NCBI RefSeq assembly: GCF_000372725.1
Contig: NW_005202428.1
Span: 2,345,791 to 2,409,790, forward strand
Direction of reading: 5' to 3'
Length of the DNA: 64,000 bases
From: Emiliania huxleyi CCMP1516
Lineage: Eukaryota
Positions 34,905-45,995 of this stretch are shown piece after piece. Below the pieces are notes generated by a model. It worked only from the letters and a program-made list of their open reading frames with translations, did no database searches and was not told the origin of the DNA. The position numbers were made by a program, and so were the translations under genes. Every line of letters starts with the position of its first letter. Positions within the stretch are counted from its first letter, which is position 1.

Positions 34905-36507
34905 TTAAACCGCCGCCGACTTCTCGTGGCTTCTCGCACGCCGCTTCGCAGCGAACGTGGACGTGCCACCTCCAGGGCCGGCGCCGTCAGAGGATCGGCC
35001 GCCTCGCCCACCCTTGCCCTTACCCTTACCCTTGCCCTTGCCCTTGCCGCCCTTGCCCTTCCCCCCGCCGCCCTTGCCCTTCTGCCCGCCGCCCTCACCC
35101 TCGCCGGTCGCCTCCTCCTGCTCCTTGCTCTTGCCGAACGGGTCCGACTCGGCGACGAACCGCCGCAGCACGCCCATGAGCCACGCGGAGCGGTTGCGCA
35201 CGCCGCTCAAGTTGAGGCCCGCCATCTCAGCAATGGCCGCCTGCACAGCGCCGGAGCGCGCGCACCGACGAGTCACGCGGCGCGTCTCTCTGGCTCGCCT
35301 CCAGGCCCGCTTGGCGTGACCCGGCCAGACCTCGGCCATATCTCGGCAATGTCTCTCGGCCATCTCTGTCTCGGCGCACACCTCGGCGACGGGCGGCGAC
35401 ACAGAGAGCAGAAACTCGACCGCGCGCTCGTCAAAGTCCTCGCGCGTCACCTGCCCCTCCTCCGCCTCGCACGCCGCCGGGAGAGCCTCCTCGACGAGCT
35501 CGCGCACCTGGGCGGTGGTCGAGGCGGCGGTCGAGGCGGCGGGGGGCGCGGGAGTGGGCAGAGGGGCGGCCGGCTCGGGCATCTCTCAGACGCATCGGAC
35601 GCATCTCGGACGCATCTCGGAGGTGTCGGACGCATCTCGGACGCATCTCGGAGGTGTCTCGGAATTTGTCTGGGACGCTTCTCGGAGGTGTCTCACCTTG
35701 CGCGACATCTGCGCGCCCTGCTTCTCGCGCAGAAGGCCGATCCGGCTCTGCCGCTTCTCGCACGCGGAGCCTCCGCCGACCGTCCGCTCGACGTTGATGC
35801 GCCGGCCGTAGAGACACGAGTGGTGTAGCCGCAGGGCAGAGTGCACCTGGGTTTAGGGTTAGGGTCAGGGTCAGGGTCAGGGTCAGGGTGAGAGGCACGA
35901 GGGGTGTAGCTGCAGGGCAAGAGTGGGACCTCCGACTCGGAGGAGAGCTCGACAAAGGCCATGCCGCGCGAGGCCCCGCTCTCGCGCTCGGTGAGGAGCC
36001 GCACCGACACCGGCGGGGCGCACACGGCCAGGAAGTGCGCCTGCGCGCGGCAGGTCAGGCGAGGGCTGGGGCCGTGGCTGGGGCCGTCGTGGCTGGTGCG
36101 GCTGGGAGCGAGGCCTCGACGTCCTTGGCGGTGGCCTTGTACGGCAGCTGCCCCACAAAGAGCGTGCAGGCCACGCGAGCACCGCCGTCGGCTGGCGCCT
36201 CCTCGTCCGCTGAGGAGGCAGAGGCGACGGCTGCTGCGGGCTCCTCCTTGACTGCACGCTTCTTTGCCCGACGCTTGTCCGCGCCGCTGATCACCGCCGC
36301 GGCCTCCTCCTTGACTGCACGCTTCTTCCTCTTCTTCTCTTTTGGCTCCTGAATCTGAGTCGGGTCTCCCGCCTCCTTCTTCTTCTTCTTCTTCTTTGTG
36401 GGCGGTAGGTTTGCATCTGCGGAGATTGCCTCGGGCGGCCGCTTCTTCTTTCGCTTTTCAGGCTTACCCGCACGGTCCAGGCTCTTCTCGGTCATATGAG
36501 AAGGCAT
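34905..36507 (-). CDS. Nucleolar-type RRM protein (Nop6/RBM34-like) with a C-terminal hnRNP-Q acidic-domain-like region and GK tail; multi-exon
   Basis: Lys-rich N-terminus, RNP2 LFVGQLPY, RNP1 RGMAFVEL, ALRLHHS.LYGRRINVERTVGGG and VRNRSAWLMGVLRR. Confidence 0.8.
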
Positions 36508-38440
36508 GCTGAGCGGGCTGCGGCGTGCGGGAGGCGAGCCACTGAGTCTTCCGCTCTGAATTCTTTCAGCGACCGAGTATAGTCCGTGCCTCCGCCACCG
36601 CGCCTCGTGCCGAACCGGCAGAAGAATTTGCCGCAGATTCTAATGGATCCTCGCAGACGAAAGAAGAATTGTGCCGCACCCTCCCTTGGGTTGTCTGTTT
36701 TCTTTCTTTCTTTCTTTGCTGCGTCACAGCGAGAATTCTAATGGGATCCTCGCAGAGGTGTTTTCTGAGCAATGACGACCGTCGGTCAGTGCATGCACGG
36801 ACCGCGGAGTTGCCCCTTAGTTAGTTAGTGTATGTATGTATCCCCGCTCCGCCCTCTGCTCCGCCGCTCCGTCCGCCGCTCCCTTCGCTGGACGCTGCGG
36901 TTGCTGACTGCACTCCAAGTGCTCCAAGTGCTGCTTCAAACCGCCCTGTCGCGGGAGTGACCCCATCCAGAGAGATGTATGCGATCGAGCCCGCGATCAC
37001 GAGACTCGAGAGCCACTAAGCCGACGACATTCAGGACCTCGCCCAGCCGCTGGAATGGTCCGCCTCCACTCGACGCCTCCCACCGTTCGCCCTGCCCGCC
37101 GCCGTCAGCGCCGCGCCCCCGCCGACGAACACGAGCGGATTCGGCATGTGGTGTGCGGCCGGCCCTGCGCCACCGCCACGCTCCCGGTGGTGTCGGTTAG
37201 CCTGACGCAATGAGACACGCTCCGCTCCAAAGCCTCCCGAACGTTCGATTCGCGGATTCGCCCCGTAACGTCTAACCGCCCGCCGCGCGGCCTGACTCAC
37301 TCATCAACACCTCCCTAACCCGTAACGTCTCTAACCGCCCGCCGCGCATAACTGACTCCTCATCACCTCCCCCTTAGCCTACCAACATGTACATGCACAT
37401 GCAGGAAGGTGAAGAACAGTCAGGCTCGGACTGGACACCAGCGAGTGGGCATGCCCGGGACCTAGTGCGTCGGCCTGGAGGTTTTCGTCAGGACTTACTT
37501 CGGGTGCCCGCAAACGTCTCTCAATTGCGGGCGGTTGCACACACTGGTCACTGCTTTGATCCCCCCGCATAGACCTGCACATATGTCCGCCGCGGCGCAG
37601 CCGACTTTCGTGCACGGCGCGTCGCGCGTTTGGGTGATTGAATCAGCGCGGGGCTCTTGCAACCGGCGGCAACCCGCATCTGCAGCCGAGAGCGACAGTG
37701 ACGAGGCCGAGGACGAGCTGCCGGGCCACTCGCTCTCGTGCTCACTCTCCTGCTCCAGAGCCAGAATAGCAGGTTGGGCGATGCTGCTCCAGCCATCGCT
37801 GAGGTGCACCTGCGGTTCGACTGGCTCGCCGAACCACAACGACACTGCCGGCCTTCTGCAGCGAGATATCAGAATCTGCGCTCGAGGTCCTAGTGCATCT
37901 CCTAAGAATTGATAGGGAGGTGAGCAGCCGCCCTCGCCATGAGCCTGCCGCGCCCGGCTAAGCCCGGGGTGCCGGCTAGTCCTGTGCGATGCGGCACAGC
38001 CACCGAGCCCAGAACCGAGAGGGCGCTACCTGTTATCTCGTCTCTGATTGGAGTTCTACGTGGGTCAGATGAGGACGTGTCCAGTGCCTTCACGTGAGTC
38101 GATGTGCCCGCGCCGGGGAGTGGCATGGCTAGCTCATGCGCGTGTTTGCGCATGCAACCCCGGGTGGTTTGGAGGAACGGCGGGACCGATGCACAAGTAG
38201 GCTAGTTCCAGCGTAGTCGCCCCGGTCGCGGATAGCCAGGCTGTCCTGTCACACCTGCGGTGGGGAGTGCCGAGACTTGCCAAAAGGAGACAGCGTGTGT
38301 CTGTGGATTGGCCGTTAATAGTGCTGCATAGTCTCCACTGTGCGCTGTGAACAGAGTACCGTACCAACACCTCTCTCAGGACCCCCGGGAGAGCGGCCGC
38401 ACACCCGGCTCGGTGACCCGCTGCTCGGCTGCTCGGTGCT

Positions 38441-38537
38441 CGGTACCCCCCCTGCACATCTAAAGCCATCCCCCTGCTGCTGGGGGGGGGGGGGGGGGGG
38501 GGCATGGCTTTAGATGTGATGTGCAGGGGGGGTACCG
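38441..38537. repeat. Hairpin of about 97 bp (foldback/MITE-like)
   Basis: Arms CGGTACCCCCCCTGCACATCTAAAGCCAT and ATGGCTTTAGATGTG(ATGTG)CAGGGGGGGTACCG enclose a G-run loop. Confidence 0.8.
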
Positions 38538-39123
38538 CGAGCGGTGATGTGTGCAGCCGCTCCGGACGCATGAGGCATGTCCGGACGGTGCGGCTGCGCG
38601 CCTGGGGGTGCTGCCAGCAACCCCAGCGAACCAACCATCTCTGATCTCACCGCGGGGCGAGAGATTGAGAGCGCCGGGAGTGCGCGCCGAAGTAGAAACA
38701 TGGCGCGGCAGCCGATTTCGGCGGGCGTCGCATCGACCTAACGTGGCGGGGGCAGCGGCCCCTATAAGCAATAAGGGCGCGCCGCACGCCGCAGCGGCAA
38801 GGTCGCTGTGCCTGTGCGTCCTTTCCCCCTTCTTGGCCTAGTACGATTGCACCATCGATTTCGCTGTCCGGGTCTCGGCCGACTCGCGGAACGAGGACAA
38901 CGTCAACGAGGATTACGGACGTGCGACGACGTACCCACATAGGGGGTGTCGACTGCCGACCCAGGGGGTCGGGGGTTTAAGTGCGCGGAACTTGGGGCAG
39001 CAACATCTCCTCCTGCAGCCTGTGGGCGGGCTGTCCCCCTTTCCCCAACTGTTTTCAAAAATTCGCTATACCCCCACGATAGACGGCCGTCCTCGTGTAA
39101 GGAAGTCTCCTCGCTAGCGCGGG

Positions 39124-40557
39124 ATGTCGGCCCTCAACGCCAGGGACAAACTACTCGACGAGAGCCAGGCCAGGTATGAGGGCGGTCGCTCGGCGCCGGG
39201 CGCGCCGCGCCTGCAGACGCTCACAACCCTCTCGATGGGAGTGCTGGTCGGCGCAGCTGCTGTCCTCGGCGCGAGCCGCTTCACCTCTCCGGCAGCCGTC
39301 ACCATGGCTGCGGTTCCGCCGGCCGACGGGCAAACTTCGGAGCTTACTGGAGCAATCTCGACGCTTCACTCGCTCGTGAAGGACCTGCAAGCCGAGGTGG
39401 GAGACATGAAGCGGCAGGCGGGGCTTCGCACCCCTCTGAAGGCAAAGCCAAAGGCCAAGGGCCCGGCCACGATTTCAGAGATGACGGAGACCTGCTCGTG
39501 CTCGGCCGGCGGCCCCACGCCCTGCGTCTGCCCCGGTGCCAAGGGCGGATCAAGGCTCGTTTACCCCACCGATGACTACACGAACTACGAGAACGGGACC
39601 TATGCATCCCCCTATGGCTACCCACCTCGCGACATGATCGGCTACGGAAGAAATTACACCACCTTTCAGCCCAAGTGGCCGGGCGGCGCGAAGCTTGCGC
39701 TGAGCTTCGTCATGAACTACGAGGAGGGGGGAGAGAACTGCGTCCTTCACGGCGACGAGTTCTCGGAAAATCTTCTCTCGGAGATTGTAGGGGAGCGCAA
39801 GATTGTCGGAGAGCGCAACATGAACATGGAGAGTCTGTACGAGTATGGCAGCCGGGCGGGCTTCTGGCGCGTCCACAAGCTCTTCAAGGAGCGGGGCATG
39901 GTGCTCACCGTGTTCGCCGTCGCCATGGCGCTCAGCCGCAACCCGGACGTCGCCAAAGCTATGGTGGAGGCGGGCTTTGAGGTCGCCACCCACGGCTACC
40001 GCTGGATCGACTACCAGAACGTGCCCGAGGAGGAGGAGCGCAAGCACATCAAGGCGGCGGTGGAGATTCAGAAGCGCGTCGTCGGCTACCGGCCGATGGG
40101 CATCTACCAGGGCAAGCCGAACGAGCGGACGCGCCGGCTCATCATCGAGGAGGGCGGCTTCCTGTGGGACGCCGACGCCTACAGCGACGACCTGCCCTTC
40201 TGGAACTTTGACGAGGGCAAGCCGTGGCTCATCATCCCGTACACGCTGACGAACAACGACATGGTCTTTGTGCGCGGCGCGAACTTCCCCCACGAGGAGG
40301 CCTTCTTCCTTCACCTGGCGGGTGCGTTCGACCAGCTCCTGAAGGAGGGCCGCGAGGGCACGCCCAAGATGATGAACGTGGGCCTGCACTGCCGCATTGT
40401 GGGCCAGCCCGGCCGCGCGATCGGCCTGGCTCGATTCCTGGACTACGTGAAGAAGCACGGCGACGAGGTCTGGGTCACGACGCGGACGGAAATCGCCAAG
40501 CACTGGCACAAGCACCACTACCCCACCAAGACATCGGGATGGGAGCAGTGGGGCTAG
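39124..40557 (+). CDS. puuE: Allantoinase PuuE (polysaccharide deacetylase fold), intronless, with an N-terminal extension
   Basis: YPPRDMIGYG, WPGGAKLALSFVMNYEEGGENCVLHGD, ESLYEYGSRAGFWR, HGYRWIDY, YSDDLPFW, PYTLTNND and PKMMNVGLHCRIVGQPGR. Confidence 0.93.
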   Translation: MSALNARDKLLDESQARYEGGRSAPGAPRLQTLTTLSMGVLVGAAAVLGASRFTSPAAVTMAAVPPADGQTSELTGAISTLHSLVKDLQAEVGDMKRQAGLRTPLKAKPKAKGPATISEMTETCSCSAGGPTPCVCPGAKGGSRLVYPTDDYTNYENGTYASPYGYPPRDMIGYGRNYTTFQPKWPGGAKLALSFVMNYEEGGENCVLHGDEFSENLLSEIVGERKIVGERNMNMESLYEYGSRAGFWRVHKLFKERGMVLTVFAVAMALSRNPDVAKAMVEAGFEVATHGYRWIDYQNVPEEEERKHIKAAVEIQKRVVGYRPMGIYQGKPNERTRRLIIEEGGFLWDADAYSDDLPFWNFDEGKPWLIIPYTLTNNDMVFVRGANFPHEEAFFLHLAGAFDQLLKEGREGTPKMMNVGLHCRIVGQPGRAIGLARFLDYVKKHGDEVWVTTRTEIAKHWHKHHYPTKTSGWEQWG

Positions 40558-40856
40558 TGGCGTGATCGATCATGGGCACGGGCAGCGCGATGACCGGCCC
40601 GGCCCACCCCCAGCTCGCACCAGAGCGGGCGACCGAGGGGACCCGGGAGTGCCGTCGCATGCTTTCTTGTGCGATTGATTGAGGTCCGGCGAAAGTCGTG
40701 GATGAGATTAGGACTACGGATTCGTAGTTCTCCCGCGCCCCTTTTTGGTTTCTCGAGATTGTGTTTAGTGACAGAATTTTACAACAAAACTCTCTCGCAC
40801 AACACTGGGCATGGGACTCTGGCGCGCGCACTAGCACTTCACTAACACCAGGTATA

Positions 40857-40958
40857 GAAAGAAGAGGGACCGGCCCCAGCTTCGGCTGAGGGCTGACAAG
40901 CTGCCGAGCGCGCCCAAGGATCTCTCGGTGAGAGTCGTGATTTCTTGTTGGTTCTCAA

Positions 40959-41048
<90 letters not shown>
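40857..41048 (+). mobile_element. Family B retroelement 3' end with a long (CT)n tail
   Basis: Matches 24695-24785. (CT)n at about 40963-41044. Direct repeat CAGGTATA at 40849-40856 and 41049-41056. Confidence 0.8.
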
Positions 41049-41049
<1 letters not shown>

Positions 41050-41202
41050 AGGTATACTACGTAGTGATAGGAAATAAGCCCCCCCTCCGGTTTTTGCCTC
41101 GCTCCTCCACCTGGCGCCAGCCCTCCAGGTGTGGCGAGGGGGGCGGGGCAGGTGGCTTGGAGGGGGCCGAAGCCACCTGGTGCCACCCGAGCGCTCACAT
41201 GG

Positions 41203-41435
41203 CCACAGGCGGCGTTTGTTTGGAATCTACTCCAGGTGCTTTTTGCACTGTTTTGCCCATTCCACAGGCGGCGTAAGCCATCTGCTCCAGGTGCTTTTTG
41301 GACTGTTTTGCCCATGTCCAGAGGCGGCGTAAGCCATCTGCTCCAGGTGCTTCTTGCGCACTGTTTTTCCCATCCATGTCCACAGGCGGCGTAAGGCATC
41401 TGCTCCAGGTGCTTTTTGGACTGTTTTGCTCATGG
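41203..41435. repeat. Minisatellite of four 56-62 bp units, possibly subterminal repeats of a DNA transposon end starting near 41062
   Basis: Unit CCACAGGCGGCGTAAGCCATCTGCTCCAGGTGCTTTTTGGACTGTTTTGCCCATGT. CCAGGTG/CACCTGG motifs continue upstream. Confidence 0.8.
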
Positions 41436-41675
41436 AGCAAGTGGCTAAAGCCACGTGAGTGAGTGAGTGCACGCACACACACACACCACCCTTAAGCCAC
41501 CTGCTCGCAAGCTAGAAAAAAGAAACCGCGCCTGCTGCCGCTGCTGCTGCTGCCCAGCTCCCGCGAAGCCAGCCCCGCGATCGCTCTCCCTCCGCCTCCA
41601 ACAGGCGTCGCGGCGTGCCTCGCCGCCCCGGTAGGTCGCCTCACTCACCTGTGTGCGCTGGCCGGTGACGGCACC

Positions 41676-44600
41676 GTGCTGCTCTTGTCTTCCCCCGCTC
41701 AACCGTCGCCGCGCGGCCCGCTCGCTCCACCGGTGGTCGTGCAACGGATTTCCTTCCCATCGCAAGCGGCTCCACGCACGGTGGCGTGCTCCCGTGATGG
41801 AACGTTACTCGTAGCAGCGGGTGGCAGCTCCATCTCTCTCTTTGTCGTCTGTCTCGAGGCAACGCCTCCGATGCCTCTCTCCCTGCACAACGCTGCCGCC
41901 GCCGCCGCCGCCGCGGCGGGCCAGTTCCCACATGCCTCTCTTCGCTGGCGTTCGCCGCTCCGCTTCAATGCCCAGGCCATTGCAGTCACTCCGTCTGCGG
42001 GCTCCGGCGTCACGGCGCAAGGCCTCGTCGCCGTCGCCGGCAGCATGGGTGTGCTGCTCGTGCAGAGCGGCGGCAGTGTGGGCAGAGGAGACTCGCCCTC
42101 CACCACAGCAGCGGCGGATCCGGCGGGGCCCGCCCCTGAGGCGGCAGCGGAGCCTGCAGAGGCGATGGCAGCGGCGGCACACGCGGGGAAGGAGACCAGC
42201 AGAGGAGCCTCTGCGGAAGCCACCGCACACGGCCTGCTGCTGCGGGCGTGCCAAGCCGTCTGCCGGAAAGCTTCCCAGAACCTGCTCGGAACGTTCCTGT
42301 AGGCGGCCGACTGCTGCTCACGGGCCGCGCTGTCGGTGCCGTGGCGTTTGATGCCTCTGGCTGCCGCCTTGCAGCGGCGACGATGGACGGCGCGGTGTAC
42401 TGCTTCGAGATGACGTCGACAGCCGCGCCGGCGCGAGCCCGCCCCGCCGCGTCGGTTTGCGCGCGCGCGTGCTGGTGCGCGCGGCTGCCGCCGCAGCTGG
42501 AGCGGCCGTGCTGCGTCGCCTTCTCGCCTCCCCCGCCACAGGCGTCGGTGCGGATCCCGTCCCGCCCCGCCCTTCCGCGTGGGCGAGAGGCTGGAGAGAC
42601 TTGCTCTTCGAGACCTGCTCTTTGAGACTTGCTTGTAGGCGGGGCGGGGGAGCGGCTGCGGAGAGCGGCTAGCGCTGGTTGGGTGGAGCGGGCACGTGGC
42701 GCTGCTCGCTGCCTCGCCGACGGAGGGGCGCGGCGAGGCGGCGGCCCGCGGCCCTAGATGCGGCACTCCCTCCCCTCCACCTCGAGACCTCGAGACGACC
42801 CGTGCCTGCCGCACTCGGAAGGGGCTGCCGCTGCAGCCGCTGCGGCTCTGTCCCGCTCTTGCCTTGCCGCGAGGCGAGGGGGACGCGAGGCCGTGCTCCC
42901 CCCCCCACCCTTCAGCCCCCCGACTCGTGCGCCAGGCCGGCGACGCGAGCAGCGACGGCGACGGCGCGGACGCCTCCGCCCTGGCGTCTCCAGAGAGCTG
43001 GCGCACCCCCCCCCTCCCTCCCCCTCCCCGAAGCCCCGCCTCCTCTCCTCCCTCTCCCCACCCTTCGCCCCCGACCTGCACCGCTGCAGGCGGCTCCTCG
43101 CCTGCGACGCCCCGCCCGAGCTTGCGCTCGGCCCTGCCCCGCCCGCCGCCGCCGGCTCGGCGCACCTCGCGTGGTGCGAGATTACCCGAGATTACCCGAG
43201 ATTACCCGAGATTACCCGAGATTACCCGAGATTACCCGCCCGAGAGGACCTGAGAGGACCCGAGAGGACCCGAGAGGACCCGAGTGCACTTCGCGTGGCG
43301 CGGCCTCTCCGCGTGCTGCGAGAAGTGGCCGCAGTAGCGCCCTCGCGACGCCTCGCCGCTGCGCCGGCAGGTGCTCGTCGCCGCATGCGTCCCGCCTCTT
43401 GCTCGCATCGCACCGAGCCGCCTCCGCCTCCACCGCCGCCTCTGCCACCGCCGCTTCGCCTCCGCCGCCGCTCCGCTTCGTGCGGGACGGCGCAGCGAGA
43501 GGCTGCGGTGCGGAGGAGCTGCTTGTGGCGGAAGAGCTGCTTGGTGGCGGCGCGGTGTCGGGCAGGCGGGTAGAAGTGCCCCGGGTCGAGGTGCGGGGCC
43601 TCTGCATCGGACTCGTTCCGGACGGGCCGCGCCGGCGCGGGGAGCTGGGCGCGGCAGCGGAGGCAGCCGCCGCAGCGCAGGCGAGCCCACCGCCGACGGA
43701 GCACGAGGGGTCGGCCAACGAGGGGGAGGTGAGATGGTGACCCGAGATTACCCGAGATTGCCCGAGATTGCTACCCGAGATGGCCCGCACTTTCGCACAT
43801 CTAGCCCACCCCTCCTCTCCACCACAGCCACCGCCGACCCCACCGCCACCGCCTCCACCCCCTCCGCCGTCGCCTCCGCCCCCCGGCTGCAGATCCCGCC
43901 CACACCTGGCCTGCGTGCCACCCCTCCCCCAGCCACCCCCAGCCACCCCTCCCCGTGCCACCCCTCCCCCAGACACCCCTCCTCGAGGTCGTGTGCTGGC
44001 TCTGCGCCGACGGAGCCCTCCACTGCCACCCGCTCTGGCCTTTTCGCCCGCTCGCCCCACCCGCTGCGTCGCGCGGGGCGGCGGGGCGGGGGGCGGGCGG
44101 GCCTTTGGGGCTCTGGCCTTCGGGGGGCAGCGTGGCTCGGCTGCTGCCGTGCGCCTTCTCTCCTCGTGAGCTGCTCGACGCCGCCGTCCTCTCCGTCCGC
44201 CAGAGAGGAGGCGAGGCCGGAGGAGGAGGCGAGGCCGGGGGAGGAGGAGGAGAGCGAGAGCAGGGCCTCGCTTGCGCGCTCCGCGTCGACCACGCGGAGG
44301 CGGAGCTGCCCGAGGTGTGCTCGAGATTCGCCGAGACTCGCCGAGATCCGCCGCCCTCCCTTGTCCCTCTCGAGCCCCACGGCTCGCCAGGCGAGCTCGG
44401 AAGCGCTTCTCGAGTGGATGCTCGGCGAGGAGCACCGCCGGAGAGGGCGGTGCAGCCGGGCATGCGAGCCGCTCGCCGCCCGGGCGGCGGAGGGGGGCGA
44501 GCCGGAGGGGGGAGGCGCGGCCCCGCTCGTCGTGCTGGGCGCGCGTCGCGTCTCGCGCCGCCTCGGCTCCACGCCCCGTCTCTCCTCTACTCTGGCCGCC

Positions 44601-45570
44601 GCTCTCTTGCAGGCGCGTCGCACCTCGCCCTCCTCTCGGACGGACTCGTGCAGCACCGGGCGAGCCGGCACAGCCCTCTCCGCGCGGCCCTCGCCACCGG
44701 CGCCACGCCTCCGCTCCCCCGTGCTAGGAGCGGAGGCGAGCGTCGGCCTGGGCCTCGCGGTTGGTCGCACACCGCGCAGACGCGGCCGCAGTCGTGGGCG
44801 AGCGCTGCTCCTTCCGCCATCGCCCCGCCCGCCCCACCTTGCTCCACGCTCGTCGCCGCCGCCCCGTCGCAGGGGACTGGCTGCTCCTGCTCGACGTCCC
44901 CACCGGCGCGCTCTGCTCGTGCCCGCTGGCGGCCGGCGCGGAGCAGGAGCAGGTCTGCGCACCGCTGCCATCTTTGGGGGCCGACATGCGCGCCATCGGC
45001 GGGGCAGCCGCCCGCTGCCCCCGGATGAGCGCCGTGCTGCCGGACGCGTCCCACGGACGGCGCTTCACGGTGCTCCGCGCCGTGCTTCTCTCGTCGCCAG
45101 GCGGCGGCGGCGGCACGCGCGCTCGCTACTGTCTCTCTCGCGGTCAGCTGGACGCCGGTTTTTGGGGGGGGAGGGGTCGCCGCACGTTTGTGACATGGCG
45201 GCGGCGTTCTCGCATAGGAGAGCTGGACGAGCGCGGCAAGGTCGTTTGGATCCCCACAGAGGGTCGCTCCGGCGACCGCCCCGCACTCCCCGACAGTACG
45301 ATCTTGCGTGCGCCGTGGACGTGGGAGAGCGCCCCGTGGCCGGTGGGTGCGTGCGACGGGACGCTTCTCTTCGAGCACTCTTCTCCGGACGAGGTGGAGG
45401 TGGAGTGGACGTGCTGCGACGCCGAGACACAAGCGTTTGCTGTGCTCGCAGGCAGCATGCTGCCCAGTGGGCTCTGCGGCGCCGAGGCGGTGCGCGAGGC
45501 GACGTCGCTGACTGCTCATATCACGAGCCGACGCGGCCAGGGCAAGGTTGCAAGTAGTAGCGCGACCTGA
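41676..45570 (+). CDS. Multi-exon WD40/beta-propeller-like hypothetical protein (boundaries uncertain)
   Basis: WD-like segments TVACSRDGTLLVAAGGSSISLF and AVGAVAFDASGCRLAAATMDGAVYCFEM. Separated by typical CCCGAGATTA intron repeats. The last ORF stops at 45570. No clear start codon. Confidence 0.45.
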
Positions 45571-45995
45571 GCGGAGATGTGGAGCTCGTACTGTTGTAAC
45601 TCGTCGGTAGAAAAGCCGTAGTAACATTGAGACGTTAGTGCTTAGTCGGCAAAGTGGTAAGTGCATGATGTTGATGAGGACTTCTAGTAAGCACTGCACC
45701 TCAAAAGCTCTATCGTTTATTCTCTGTTGTCGCGGGGGTTCGTAGCAACACACCCGCACACAACGATGCATGTGTCTAGTAATCGACGATGCACGTGACG
45801 CTGGTGAAATCGCTGCTCCGCGCGGCCACCTCGGTCCTCGCGCGCGGCTCTCTCGACGCGAGAGGGTGGCGCACCGCGCCCCTCTCGGCTGCCACCCGCG
45901 CCGTCTTCGGAGCAGCAGCGACCCCCCCCGCCTCACCCCCCCTTCCACCACCCCCCTTTCCCCTAGACCCCTTCCCCAGACCCCCGGAGAGGAGC

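Noticed and set aside
41203..41435. CRISPR-like repeated units of about 60 bp
   Set aside because: The whole unit repeats with no unique spacers, there are no cas genes, and the context is eukaryotic. It is a minisatellite.
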